From the IMG/VR virus record IMGVR_UViG_2534681701_000015: a stretch of 32,028 bases of DNA; one strand, given 5' to 3'. Position numbers and translations under genes: made by a program. The stretch comes from a virus (lineage: Duplodnaviria > Heunggongvirae > Uroviricota > Caudoviricetes). Positions within the stretch are counted from its first letter, which is position 1; each line of letters begins with the position of its first letter. Of the stretch, positions 19,223 through 28,920 are shown in pieces. The notes under the pieces were generated by a model. The model saw only the letters and a program-made list of their open reading frames with translations. It ran no database searches and was not told the origin of the DNA.

Positions 19223-19344
19223 GTCTTTCAGTCTGCGATGATGGGAAATCCCGGAGTGACTGAAAGACGTTTAAGTTATGAATGATCGCTTTTTTTGCAA
19301 AATTGCTGTGCAGAAATACTAACCTTCGGGCAGGCGATCATTCA
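19223..19344. repeat. Two perfect 11-bp inverted-repeat pairs in the tRNA trailer
   Basis: GTCTTTCAGTC (19223-19233) / GACTGAAAGAC (19258-19268); TGAATGATCGC (19279-19289) / GCGATCATTCA (19334-19344); T7 run at 19290-19296. Confidence 0.6.
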
Positions 19345-19422
19345 TAAGCACTCTGCTTTTATTCCGATTAACTGTGGGTGGTTTGTTGGATAGAGTGCTT
19401 CCCTTACTGTATATATCGTTTC

Positions 19423-19446
19423 GCCCGCTTTTGCGGGTTTTTCTTT
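19423..19446 (+). terminator. Intrinsic terminator upstream of the holin gene
   Basis: GCCCGC-TTTT-GCGGGT hairpin followed by TTTTTCTTTT. Confidence 0.5.
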
Positions 19447-19507
19447 TCAAATCCCTTTCATTTCTCAGTGTAAAACTACGCCATCCGTTATTTGCGGAGG
19501 TGAGGCT

Positions 19508-19723
19508 ATGAAATCCATGGACAAAATTTCAACGGGCATTGCCTACGGCACCTCCGCAGGCAGTGCTGGCTACTGGTTTTTACAGTGGCTTGATCAGGTC
19601 AGTCCGTCACAGTGGGCTGCGATTGGTGTACTGGGGAGTCTGGTGCTGGGCTTCCTGACTTATCTGACAAATCTGTACTTCAAAATAAGAGAAGATAAGC
19701 GTAAGGCTGCACGGGGAGAGTAA
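19508..19723 (+). CDS. S: Pinholin, phage-21 S21 type, with dual-start motif
   Basis: [71 protein letters not shown]; SD GGAGG 7 nt before the ATG. Confidence 0.9.
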   Translation: MKSMDKISTGIAYGTSAGSAGYWFLQWLDQVSPSQWAAIGVLGSLVLGFLTYLTNLYFKIREDKRKAARGE

Positions 19724-19727
19724 TTCA

Positions 19728-20072
19728 ATGACACAAAAATATGAACTGATTGTGAAAGGGATCCGCAATTTTGAGAATAAAGTTACGGTAACTTTAGCAT
19801 TACGGGACAAAAAACGCTTTGACGGTGAAATTTTAGACCTGGACATCTCGCTGGACCGTGTTGAAGGTGCCGCGCTGGAGTTTTATGAGGCAGCAGCCAG
19901 AAGGAGCATCAGACAGGTCTTCCTGGATGTTGCTGCCGGGTTATGTGAAGGGGATGAGCAGTCACCGGAAAAGCGCCCCATAATTTTAGAGGCGCAGGGT
20001 GTGTGGATAACCTACAAAGGAAAACTGCCGGGAAGAATTACTGGTTCACTGAAGACTCCGCCGAAATGGTAA
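19728..20072 (+). CDS. Hypothetical 114-aa protein inserted between holin and endolysin
   Basis: ATG 4 nt after the holin stop, SD GGGGAGAG; no recognisable motif. Confidence 0.5.
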   Translation: MTQKYELIVKGIRNFENKVTVTLALRDKKRFDGEILDLDISLDRVEGAALEFYEAAARRSIRQVFLDVAAGLCEGDEQSPEKRPIILEAQGVWITYKGKLPGRITGSLKTPPKW

Positions 20073-20310
20073 TTTCACCAGCATATTTTTCTTCCAGTAA
20101 TACCGCCAGCCACTTGAAAGAATTTTGTTGTTGCTGGGACCATTTGGGGTTGAGTGATTCAAGCTGGAGCGATGCCAGTGTTGGTTGCATTTGTTCCTTG
20201 GGAATTGAGAATGCCAGATATGAAAATGCGACAGTAAGGGCATTTACATCATCCCGAAGCTTGGAAATGCAGTCGAGCAACTCCTGTAGAGAAATGGTGC
20301 TATTGTCCAT
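20038..20310 (-). CDS. Hypothetical 90-aa protein, convergent with and overlapping the 3' end of the 114-aa ORF
   Basis: ATG 20310 with SD AGAGAGGA 6 nt upstream (the caller's TTG start at 20316 is probably too long); 35-bp 3' overlap with 19728-20072. Confidence 0.45.
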   Translation of the reverse strand: MDNSTISLQELLDCISKLRDDVNALTVAFSYLAFSIPKEQMQPTLASLQLESLNPKWSQQQQNSFKWLAVLLEEKYAGEITISAESSVNQ

Positions 20311-20415
20311 AAACAATCCTCTCTATTGTATTTAACTATTCCTTGCCTGATTCAACAGGCCGGGACAGATAAACATATCCAGGGTTCAGAAACCGATAAA
20401 TCCTGATAAATATCC

Positions 20416-20949
20416 ATGAGCGCAAAAATCAAATACGGCCTGTCAGCTGCTGTTCTGGCGCTGATTGCTGCAGGCGCGTCTGCTCCTCAAATACTTGACC
20501 AGTTTCTGGATGAAAAAGAGGGTAACCACACTACGGCATACCGCGATGGTTCCGGTATATGGACCATCTGTCGTGGTGCCACAATGGTGGATGGTAAGCC
20601 CGTCATACCGGGAATGAAGCTGTCGAAGGAAAAATGCGACCAGGTTAACGCTATTGAACGTGATAAGGCGCTGGCATGGGTGGAGCGCAATATTAAAGTA
20701 CCACTGACCGAACCACAGAAAGCGGGTATAGCGTCATTTTGTCCCTATAACATTGGCCCCGGTAAGTGTTTCCCGTCGACGTTTTATAAGCGGCTGAATG
20801 CCGGTGATCGTAAGAGTGCATACGAGGCGATTCGCTGGTGGATAAAAGATGGTGGGCGCGATTGCCGCATACGTTCAAATAACTGCTATGGACAGGTTAT
20901 TCGTCGTGACCAGGAAAGCGCATTAGCCTGTTGGGGGATAGATCAGTGA
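20416..20949 (+). CDS. R: SAR endolysin (GH24 lysozyme)
   Basis: N-terminal signal-anchor-release segment [16 protein letters not shown]; catalytic E...D...T pattern in [20 protein letters not shown]. Confidence 0.9.
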   Translation: MSAKIKYGLSAAVLALIAAGASAPQILDQFLDEKEGNHTTAYRDGSGIWTICRGATMVDGKPVIPGMKLSKEKCDQVNAIERDKALAWVERNIKVPLTEPQKAGIASFCPYNIGPGKCFPSTFYKRLNAGDRKSAYEAIRWWIKDGGRDCRIRSNNCYGQVIRRDQESALACWGIDQ

Positions 20950-21413
20950 GCAGAGTCGCCGCGATTATTTATGCTCTGGTTATCTGCATCATCGTCTGCC
21001 TGTCGTGGGCGGTCAATCATTGCCGTGATAACGCCATCGCCTACAAAGAACAGCGTGATAAAAAAGTCAGTGAGCTGAAGCAGGCGACCGCCACCATTAC
21101 TGACATGCAGCAACGCCAGCGTGCTGCTGATGTACTCGATGCTAAATACACGAAGGAGTTGGCTGATGCGAAAGCTGAAAATGATGCTCTTCGGCGCAAG
21201 CTTGATAATGGTGGTCGGGTGCTCGTCAAAGGAAAATGCTCTGTGCCATCCTCAGCCGAAACCTCCAGCGCCTCCGGCATGGGCAATGATGCCACCGTCG
21301 AACTCTCTCCAGTTGCTGGACGAAACGTTCTCGGTATCCGGGACGGAATCATCAGAGACCAGACAGCACTGAGAACGCTTCAGGAATATATCAGGACGCA
21401 ATGCCTTCGATGA
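20946..21413 (+). CDS. Rz: Spanin, inner-membrane subunit Rz
   Basis: GTG overlapping the R stop (GTGA); N-terminal TM segment [19 protein letters not shown] followed by coiled-coil-like sequence. Confidence 0.8.
   Translation: MSRVAAIIYALVICIIVCLSWAVNHCRDNAIAYKEQRDKKVSELKQATATITDMQQRQRAADVLDAKYTKELADAKAENDALRRKLDNGGRVLVKGKCSVPSSAETSSASGMGNDATVELSPVAGRNVLGIRDGIIRDQTALRTLQEYIRTQCLR
21166..21372 (+). CDS. Rz1: Spanin, outer-membrane lipoprotein subunit Rz1, embedded in Rz in the +1 frame
   Basis: [22 protein letters not shown] lipobox then Pro-rich [11 protein letters not shown]; SD AGGAG 7 nt before the ATG. Confidence 0.8.
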   Translation: MRKLKMMLFGASLIMVVGCSSKENALCHPQPKPPAPPAWAMMPPSNSLQLLDETFSVSGTESSETRQH

Positions 21414-22039
21414 TAGCGATAATTTTACTCATCATCCTTCACATCTGGCTCTGTAGACAGGGTGGTGATCACTTCTGGAGTGAATCCAGATTAAACATCT
21501 CATTGCTGATGCTTGAAGTTGAGCATCTGGCGCGCGGTAAGGGGCTGCGTTGAAATAAGAGCCAGTCATTACAAATACCAGGATTTAGCCTCGTATTCGC
21601 GGGGCTTTTTATTGCCATTACAAAAGCCACTCCCTACAGAGTGGCTTTGATAATGGCTTATACCCTACACGGGATAACTTAACTGATATCCCTTTTAACG
21701 GATAAAGGTATTCAAGCCTGACACATCATGCGCTGTATCGTCGCCGTATTCCCGTATTAACAGAGACCGTAGCCCGACGGGGAACTCCTTCTGCGAGAGT
21801 GTGCGGGAATAATCAAAAACGATGCACACCGGGTTTTTACCGCGTTTATGGTTCGCGGGTTTGTCCCTCATGCTCGCCAGTCCTGTGCGGGGGTGGAAGA
21901 AACAGGATACTCACACAGATTCTTGTGGGCACGATGCTATTCCTTTCTGGATTATCCCGATGCCATTCATGCAAGGCGCTGTATCAGACGTTCGTCATGG
22001 CTGTCAGGCTGACGGGTCCTCCCGGTGGGGTGGCCTGCC

Positions 22040-22062
22040 ACGGGGCGGGAGCGTCGCGGAAA
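22040..22062. other. cos site (cosN-like) for cohesive-end packaging
   Basis: CACGGGGCGGGAGCGTCGCGG resembles the lambda cohesive-end region (GGGCGGCGACCTCGCGG) and lies about 180 bp upstream of terS, as in lambda. Confidence 0.45.
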
Positions 22063-22227
22063 AAGGCTAGTTTTTGCATTTTTATCGGCCACCATCATCT
22101 TTGCATCTTATTGATTATTAATGTTATTTGTTTTTTGTATGTCGAATTGAGTGTTTTTTGTTCGACATCGAACGCGTTTTCTTAAAGTTGTTCGCACGAT
22201 GCATGTTTAAAGCTCTCCGGAGGAAAT

Positions 22228-22719
22228 ATGGATCATGAGTTGAAAAACCTGGTGCTGAATATTAATCAACTGGCGGCTTTATCTGGTCTGCACCGCCAGA
22301 CTGTCGTGGCAAGACTGAAAAACATTCGTCCCGCTGGTGGACATGACAAACTCAAGCTATACCGGTTGACCGATATTCTGACTGAATTTATGGGGTTACC
22401 ACCGCCGGTTGCTGAGGGCGAAATGGATCCACATGAACGCAAAGCCTGGTATCAGTCTGAACGTGAGCGTCTTAAGTTCGAACAGGAAACGGCACAACTC
22501 ATTCCGGCCAGTGATGTCAGACGGGAGTTTGCCATCTGGGCAAAAGCGGTCGTGCAGGTGCTGGAGACATTACCGGATATTCTGGAACGTGACTGCGGCC
22601 TGCAGCCTGTCGCTGTGAGCCGTGTTCAGTCCATTATTGATGATCTGCGCGATCAGATAGCCCTGCGGGTGACCGAAGCAGGTGCGGATGATGAGGAGGA
22701 ATTACAGCAGGAGGAGTAA
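22228..22719 (+). CDS. Terminase small subunit (Nu1-like, N-terminal HTH)
   Basis: 163 aa; SD GGAGG; N-terminal HTH LNINQLAALSGLHRQTVVARL; immediately upstream of terL. Confidence 0.75.
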   Translation: MDHELKNLVLNINQLAALSGLHRQTVVARLKNIRPAGGHDKLKLYRLTDILTEFMGLPPPVAEGEMDPHERKAWYQSERERLKFEQETAQLIPASDVRREFAIWAKAVVQVLETLPDILERDCGLQPVAVSRVQSIIDDLRDQIALRVTEAGADDEEELQQEE

Positions 22720-24821
22720 TGCTGAATCAGGAAACCGCAAAGGCAGCACGAACCGATTCAGGTTATATCCTTCGCGCACCGAGACGAATGCGGGTTGCTG
22801 ATGCCGTTGCTCAGTATATGCGAGTGCCCATGGGGGCCGGGAACTCAGTCCCGTGGGATCCGCTGGTGGCACCGTATGTTCTTGAGCCGATGAACTGCCT
22901 GGCCTCGCGTGAATACGACGCAGTGATATTTGTTGGTCCGGCACGAACCGGCAAGACTATCGGCCTGATTGACGGCTGGGTGATTTACAACGTGATTTGC
23001 GATCCTGCGGATATGCTGATCATTCAGATGACGGAGGAAAAAGCCCGCGAACACTCCAAAAAACGACTTGCCAGAACGTTTCGCGTCAGCCCGGAAGTGG
23101 TCAGTCGCCTGAGTCCGAACAAAAATGACAACAACGTTTATGACAGAACATTCCTTGCTGGCAACTACCTGAAAATCGGCTGGCCGTCAGTCAATATCAT
23201 GTCCTCATCAGATTATAAATGCGTGGCGCTGACGGATTATGACCGTTTTCCGGAAGATATTGATGGCGAGGGGGATGCCTTCTCTCTTGCCTCAAAACGT
23301 ACCACCACATTTATGTCCAGTGGTATGACGCTGGTGGAGAGTTCCCCCGGCAGGGATGTGAAGGATGTGAAATGGCGACGGACTTCACCGCATGAGGCTC
23401 CACCAACCACGGGGATACTGTCGCTCTATAACCGTGGCGATCGCCGTCGCTGGTACTGGCCCTGTCCACACTGTGGTGAGTATTTTCAGCCCTGCGGCGA
23501 TGTGGTTGCTGGTTTCCGTGATATTGCCGATCCCGTGCTGGCAAGTGAGGCGGCTTATATTCAGTGTCCTTCCTGTTCAGGACGGATTATGCCTGAACAA
23601 AAACGTGAGCTGAACGGACGTGGGGTCTGGTTGCGGGATGGTGAATCCATCAATGCGGATGGCAGTCGTTATGGTGATCCCCGACGCTCACGTATTGCGT
23701 CATTCTGGATGGAGGGTCCGGCAGCTGCTTACCAGACACTCTCGCAACTCGTTTACAAACTGCTTACTGCAGAACAGGAATACGAGACAACCGGAAGTGA
23801 AGAAACACTCAAGACGGTTATCAATACCGACTGGGGATTACCTTATCTTCCCCGTGCCAGCATGGAGCAACGAAAAAGTGAACTGCTTGAGCAGCGGGCA
23901 GAGCCAGTTCCTTCCCGCAGTGTGCCGGATGGCGTTAATTTCCTGGTGGCGACAGTTGATGTGCAGGCGGGACGTCATCGCCGTTTTGTGGTTCAGGTAA
24001 CGGGCTATGGCAGCCGTGGCGAACGCTGGATTATTGATCGTTACAACATCACGCAGTCATTGCGCGGTGACAGCGACGGGGAGAGCCAGCGAATTGATCC
24101 GGCCAGCTATCCGGAAGACTGGGATGTCCTGCTGACGGATGTTTTTCATAAAAGCTGGCCGCTGGCCTCCGATCCTTCTCAACAAATGCGACTGATGGCA
24201 ATGGCGGTGGACTCCGGCGGTGAAGACGGGGTCACCGATAATGCCTATAAATTCTGGCGTCGTTGCCGTCGTGATGGCCTTGGTAAACGTATTTACCTGT
24301 TTAAGGGCGACAGCATCCGGCGCGCAAAACTGATCACCCGTACATTCCCTGATAACACCGGACGAACGGGCCGACGGGCGCAGGCCGCAGGTGATGTGCC
24401 GCTCTGGCTTCTTCAGACGGATGCCCTGAAAGACCGGGTGAATAACGCGTTATGGCGTGACTCGCCAGGTCCCGGCTATGTGCATTTCCCTGACTGGCTG
24501 GGGAGCTGGTTTTACGACGAACTGACGTATGAAGAGCGGAGTAGTGACGGGAAATGGAGTAAGCCGGGTCGCGGTGCCAACGAAGCTTTTGACCTGATGG
24601 TGTATGCCGAGGCTCTGGTCATTCTGCATGGATACGAAAAGATCCGCTGGCCGGATGCACCGGAGTGGGCGAGCCGGGAAACCTGGCTGGAGTGTGTCCC
24701 GGACAGTACCGAACCGTCACCCTCACCGGAACCGGTATCCACGCCTGTTAAAAAACAAAAACGGAAGAAAACAGTAACTGACGATGTTAACCCCTGGCTG
24801 ACTTCCGGAGGATGGTTATGA
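22719..24821 (+). CDS. Terminase large subunit (lambda gpA family)
   Basis: 700 aa; Walker A FVGPARTGKT; ATGA overlap with terS. Confidence 0.9.
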   Translation: MLNQETAKAARTDSGYILRAPRRMRVADAVAQYMRVPMGAGNSVPWDPLVAPYVLEPMNCLASREYDAVIFVGPARTGKTIGLIDGWVIYNVICDPADMLIIQMTEEKAREHSKKRLARTFRVSPEVVSRLSPNKNDNNVYDRTFLAGNYLKIGWPSVNIMSSSDYKCVALTDYDRFPEDIDGEGDAFSLASKRTTTFMSSGMTLVESSPGRDVKDVKWRRTSPHEAPPTTGILSLYNRGDRRRWYWPCPHCGEYFQPCGDVVAGFRDIADPVLASEAAYIQCPSCSGRIMPEQKRELNGRGVWLRDGESINADGSRYGDPRRSRIASFWMEGPAAAYQTLSQLVYKLLTAEQEYETTGSEETLKTVINTDWGLPYLPRASMEQRKSELLEQRAEPVPSRSVPDGVNFLVATVDVQAGRHRRFVVQVTGYGSRGERWIIDRYNITQSLRGDSDGESQRIDPASYPEDWDVLLTDVFHKSWPLASDPSQQMRLMAMAVDSGGEDGVTDNAYKFWRRCRRDGLGKRIYLFKGDSIRRAKLITRTFPDNTGRTGRRAQAAGDVPLWLLQTDALKDRVNNALWRDSPGPGYVHFPDWLGSWFYDELTYEERSSDGKWSKPGRGANEAFDLMVYAEALVILHGYEKIRWPDAPEWASRETWLECVPDSTEPSPSPEPVSTPVKKQKRKKTVTDDVNPWLTSGGWL

Positions 24822-25030
24822 ACCAGAATGATATCGAAGCCATGATTCAGCGTTATACGGAAGCTGAAATGGCGGTGCTGGACGGAAAATCCGTCACCTT
24901 TAATGGTCAGCAGATGACCATGGAAAACTTATCTGAGATCCGGCAGGGACGGCAGGAGTGGGAGCGCCGCCTTGCGGCTCTGATTACACGACGACGGGGG
25001 CATCCCGGGTATCGGCTGGCGAGGTTCTGA
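24818..25030 (+). CDS. W: Head-tail joining protein, gpW-like
   Basis: About 70 aa, SD GGAGG 6 nt upstream, C-terminal RRRGHPGY similar to lambda W. Confidence 0.7.
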   Translation: MNQNDIEAMIQRYTEAEMAVLDGKSVTFNGQQMTMENLSEIRQGRQEWERRLAALITRRRGHPGYRLARF

Positions 25031-26538
25031 TGGCTATTCTTGATGATGTGATTGGCGTTTTTTCACCAGGATGGAAAGCGGCAAGGCTGCGTTCCCGTGC
25101 GGTGATCCAGGCTTATGAGGCCGTAAAAACGACGCGGACACACAAAGCCCGGCGGGAAAACCGAACTGCCGACCAGTTAAGCCAGTACGGGGCCGTGTCG
25201 TTACGTGAGCAGGCCCGTTACCTTGATAACAACCACGATCTGGTTATTGGTGTATTTGACAAGCTGGAAGAACGGGTGGTGGGGAAAAACGGGATTATTG
25301 TCGAGCCACATCCGGTATTACGCAATGGGGCCATTGCCCGTGACCTGGCTGCGGAGATTCGCACCCGATGGAGTGAATGGTCTGTCAGTCCGGAAGTCAC
25401 CGGGCAGTTTACCCGTCCGATGCTGGAACGTCTGATGCTGCGTACCTGGCTGCGCGATGGTGAGGTGTTTGCCCAGATGGTTTCCGGGCGCATAAACAGC
25501 CTGACGCCTTCTGCCGGTGTTAATTTCTGGCTGGAGGCGCTCGAGCCGGACTTTATTCCCATGACCAGTGATGATAGCAACAGGCTGAATCAGGGCGTGT
25601 TTGTTGATGACTGGGGGCGTCCCGAAAAATATCTGGTGTATAAAAGCCGTCCCGTATCCGGGCGGCAGATGGAAACCAAAGAAGTGGATGCAGAGCGAAT
25701 GCTGCATCTTAAATTTGTTCGCCGTCTGCACCAGATGCGCGGGACGTCTTTGTTGTCCGGTGTGCTGATCCGCCTCAGTGCCCTGAAAGAGTATGAAGAT
25801 TCTGAGCTGACTGCAGCAAGGATCGCCGCTGCTCTGGGGATGTACATCCGGAAAGGCGACGGGCAGAGCTATGAACCGGATGGTAATGGCAGCAAGGAGA
25901 ATGAACGCGAGCTTACCATTCAGCCAGGCATTATTTACGACGATCTGAAACCCGGCGAAGAAATCGGAATGGTGAAGTCGGATCGTCCCAATCCTAACCT
26001 TGAAACTTTTCGTAATGGTCAGTTGCGTGCCGTGGCGGCGGGCAGTCGTCTGAGTTTTTCCAGTACGGCACGCAACTATAACGGCACTTACAGCGCCCAG
26101 CGTCAGGAACTGGTTGAGTCTACTGATGGCTACCTGATCCTGCAGGACTGGTTTATTGGTGCCGTCACCCGCCCGATGTATCGTGCCTGGCTGAAACAGG
26201 CTGTGGCATCCGGTGTTATCAGGCTACCCCGCGATCTTGACCGTTCTTCACTGTATACCGCGGTGTATTCCGGACCGGTGATGCCGTGGATTGACCCTGT
26301 TAAGGAGGCTGAGGCCTGGAAAATCCAGATTCGTGGTGGAGCGGCGACAGAATCAGACTGGGTACGTGCAGGTGGTCGTAATCCGGATGATGTCAAACGT
26401 CGGCGCAAGGCCGAAATTGATGAAAACCGCAAGCTGGATCTGGTATTTGATACCGATCCGGCCAGTGATAAAGGAGGCAGCAGTGCCGCAACGAAACGAC
26501 AGGAGCCGCAGCACACCGACGACCAGTCCGAAGAATAA
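25030..26538 (+). CDS. Portal protein (lambda gpB family)
   Basis: ATGA overlap with W; about 500 aa at the portal position. Confidence 0.85.
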   Translation: MAILDDVIGVFSPGWKAARLRSRAVIQAYEAVKTTRTHKARRENRTADQLSQYGAVSLREQARYLDNNHDLVIGVFDKLEERVVGKNGIIVEPHPVLRNGAIARDLAAEIRTRWSEWSVSPEVTGQFTRPMLERLMLRTWLRDGEVFAQMVSGRINSLTPSAGVNFWLEALEPDFIPMTSDDSNRLNQGVFVDDWGRPEKYLVYKSRPVSGRQMETKEVDAERMLHLKFVRRLHQMRGTSLLSGVLIRLSALKEYEDSELTAARIAAALGMYIRKGDGQSYEPDGNGSKENERELTIQPGIIYDDLKPGEEIGMVKSDRPNPNLETFRNGQLRAVAAGSRLSFSSTARNYNGTYSAQRQELVESTDGYLILQDWFIGAVTRPMYRAWLKQAVASGVIRLPRDLDRSSLYTAVYSGPVMPWIDPVKEAEAWKIQIRGGAATESDWVRAGGRNPDDVKRRRKAEIDENRKLDLVFDTDPASDKGGSSAATKRQEPQHTDDQSEE

Positions 26539-26551
26539 TTCCTGGTTCAGG

Positions 26552-28510
26552 ATGCAGGCTGGTCACCAGAGTGACGCGGATATTTATATTTATGACGAGA
26601 TTGGTTTCTGGGGTGTTACAGCGAAGCAGTTTATCAGTGATCTGAATGCACTGGGCGATATCACCCACATTAATCTCCATATTAATTCACCGGGTGGCGA
26701 TGTCTTTGAAGGCATCGCCATTTTTAATGCGCTGAAAACACATGGTGCGTCCATTACCGTTTATGTCGACGGTGTGGCGGCGTCAATGGCGTCGGTCATT
26801 GCGATGGTGGGAAACCCGGTCATTATGCCGGAAAACACTTTCATGATGATTCATAAACCATTTGGCTTTACGGGCGGTGATGCGGAGGACATGCGCACCT
26901 ATGCCGACCTGCTCGATAAAGTTGAGGCGGTTCTGTTACCCGCTTATGCACAGAAAACCGGGAAAACCACCGATGAAATTGCTGCCATGCTGGCGGATGA
27001 GACCTGGATGTCCGGTGCCGAATGTCTGGCACATGGATTTGCTGATCAGGTAACGCCAGCCGTTAAGGCAATGGCATGTATTCAGTCAAAACGTACAGAG
27101 GAATTTAAAAAGATGCCGGAATCCATTCGAAACATGATTACTCCGCCACGCAACAGTGCTCCACGCGTACAGGATGATGAACCTGCAGCCTCCCGGACGC
27201 CAGTGCAGGCAGCAGCACCCGTGGTGGATGAAAACAGTATCCGTGCGCAGGTACTGGCAGAGCAAAAAGCGCGTGTAAACGGTATTAATGATCTGTTTGC
27301 CATGTTTGGCGGGCGTTATCAGACGCTGCAGGCTCAGTGTCTTGCCGATCCTGAATGTTCGCTGGAGCAGGCCCGCGAAAAGCTGTTGAACGAGATGGGG
27401 CGCGAGTCCACGCCATCCAATAAAAATACCCCGGCTCATATTTATGCCGGTAACGGTAATTTTGTGGGGGACGGGATCCGCCAGGCGCTGATGGCGCGTG
27501 CCGGATTTGAAAAAACCGAACGTGATAATGTCTACAACGGGATGACCCTGCGTGAATATGCCCGTATGTCACTGACTGAACGGGGTATTGGGGTTTCCAG
27601 TTATAACCCGATGCAGATGGTCGGTGCGGCGTTCACACACAGTACGTCTGACTTCGGTAATATTCTGCTGGATGTTGCGAACAAAGCCATTCTGCAGGGC
27701 TGGGAAGATGCTCCTGAAACCTATGAACAGTGGACGCGGAAAGGTCAGTTGTCTGATTTTAAAATTGCCCATCGTGTGGGTATGGGGGGCTTCAGTGCTC
27801 TGCGTCAGGTGCGTGAAGGGGCGGAATATAAATACGTCACCACCGGAGATAAACAGGCCACTATTGCACTGGCGACCTATGGCGAGCTGTTCAGTATCAC
27901 CCGTCAGGCCATTATCAATGATGATCTGAATATGCTGACCGATGTCCCGATGAAGCTGGGCCGTGCGGCGAAATCCACCATTGCCGATCTGGTTTATGCC
28001 ATTCTGACGTCTAACCCGAAAATCTCCACAGATAATGTAAGTCTGTTCGATAAAGCGAAACATGCAAACGTACTGGAGAGCGCTGCAATGGACGTGGCAT
28101 CGCTGGATAAAGCCCGCCAGTTGATGCGCGTTCAGAAAGAGGGGGAGCGTCATCTGAATATTCGTCCTGCGTTCGTACTGGTACCGACGGCGATGGAGTC
28201 TGTTGCTAACCAGGTCATTCGCTCCTCAAGTGTCAAGGGGGCTGACATTAACGCCGGTATTATTAACCCGGTGAAAGATTTTGCGACCGTTATTGCAGAG
28301 CCTCGTCTTGATGATAACAGCCAGACCACCTTCTACCTGGCTGCGTCCAAAGGCTCCGATACGATTGAAGTGGCTTATCTCAACGGTGTGGATACGCCAT
28401 ATATTGATCAGATGGAGGGCTTCAGTGTGGATGGCGTGACAACGAAAGTGCGTATTGACGCCGGTGTCGCGCCAGTTGATCACCGCGGTCTGGTGAAATG
28501 TACGGCGTAA
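26552..28510 (+). CDS. Single polypeptide: prohead protease (ClpP/S14-like) - scaffold-like linker - major capsid protein
   Basis: 652 aa with no internal stop; N-terminal ClpP-like region (GVAASMASVIA, MIHKP), Pro/Ala-rich and helical linker, then a ~400-aa capsid-like C-terminal domain. Confidence 0.7.
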   Translation: MQAGHQSDADIYIYDEIGFWGVTAKQFISDLNALGDITHINLHINSPGGDVFEGIAIFNALKTHGASITVYVDGVAASMASVIAMVGNPVIMPENTFMMIHKPFGFTGGDAEDMRTYADLLDKVEAVLLPAYAQKTGKTTDEIAAMLADETWMSGAECLAHGFADQVTPAVKAMACIQSKRTEEFKKMPESIRNMITPPRNSAPRVQDDEPAASRTPVQAAAPVVDENSIRAQVLAEQKARVNGINDLFAMFGGRYQTLQAQCLADPECSLEQAREKLLNEMGRESTPSNKNTPAHIYAGNGNFVGDGIRQALMARAGFEKTERDNVYNGMTLREYARMSLTERGIGVSSYNPMQMVGAAFTHSTSDFGNILLDVANKAILQGWEDAPETYEQWTRKGQLSDFKIAHRVGMGGFSALRQVREGAEYKYVTTGDKQATIALATYGELFSITRQAIINDDLNMLTDVPMKLGRAAKSTIADLVYAILTSNPKISTDNVSLFDKAKHANVLESAAMDVASLDKARQLMRVQKEGERHLNIRPAFVLVPTAMESVANQVIRSSSVKGADINAGIINPVKDFATVIAEPRLDDNSQTTFYLAASKGSDTIEVAYLNGVDTPYIDQMEGFSVDGVTTKVRIDAGVAPVDHRGLVKCTA

Positions 28511-28534
28511 ACGTCGCAGACAACAACTCTGATG

Positions 28535-28553
28535 GCCCGTAAGGGCTTTTTTT
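28535..28553 (+). terminator. Intrinsic terminator after the capsid gene
   Basis: GCCC-GTAA-GGGC followed by T7, then GTACCTG. Confidence 0.5.
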
Positions 28554-28596
28554 GTACCTGAAATCAGCCTCTGAACGGGGCTGTGCGGAGACAGTT

Positions 28597-28920
28597 ATGG
28601 CAAAGAATTTTGTAGAAGAAGGAAAAACGGTGGCGATTGTTGCCAGTGCAGCCATCAGCAGCGGAGATCTGGTGCAGGTGGGTGATGTTTTTGCGGTGGC
28701 GCTGACCGATATTCCACAGGGTGAAACAGGCGACGGCATGACCGAAGGTGTGTTTATCCTGCCTAAACTGAAAACGGATGACATGAAAACGGGTAAGAAG
28801 GTTTATCTGAAGTCCGGAAAAGTTCAGCTGACTAACAGCGGCTCTGATCCGCTGGTCGGGGTTGTCTGGGCAGATGCCGGAACCAGTGCAGAAGAAGTGC
28901 AGGTAAAACTCAATGTCTGA
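28597..28920 (+). CDS. Small head protein (decoration or completion protein)
   Basis: 107 aa, SD GGAG, sits between capsid and head-tail genes. Confidence 0.45.
   Translation: MAKNFVEEGKTVAIVASAAISSGDLVQVGDVFAVALTDIPQGETGDGMTEGVFILPKLKTDDMKTGKKVYLKSGKVQLTNSGSDPLVGVVWADAGTSAEEVQVKLNV

Noticed and set aside
21799-22185. 128-aa and 82-aa plus-strand ORFs upstream of terS
   Set aside because: They lie across the cos site and AT-rich cosB-like region, have no SD and a Cys/Gly-rich junk-like composition.
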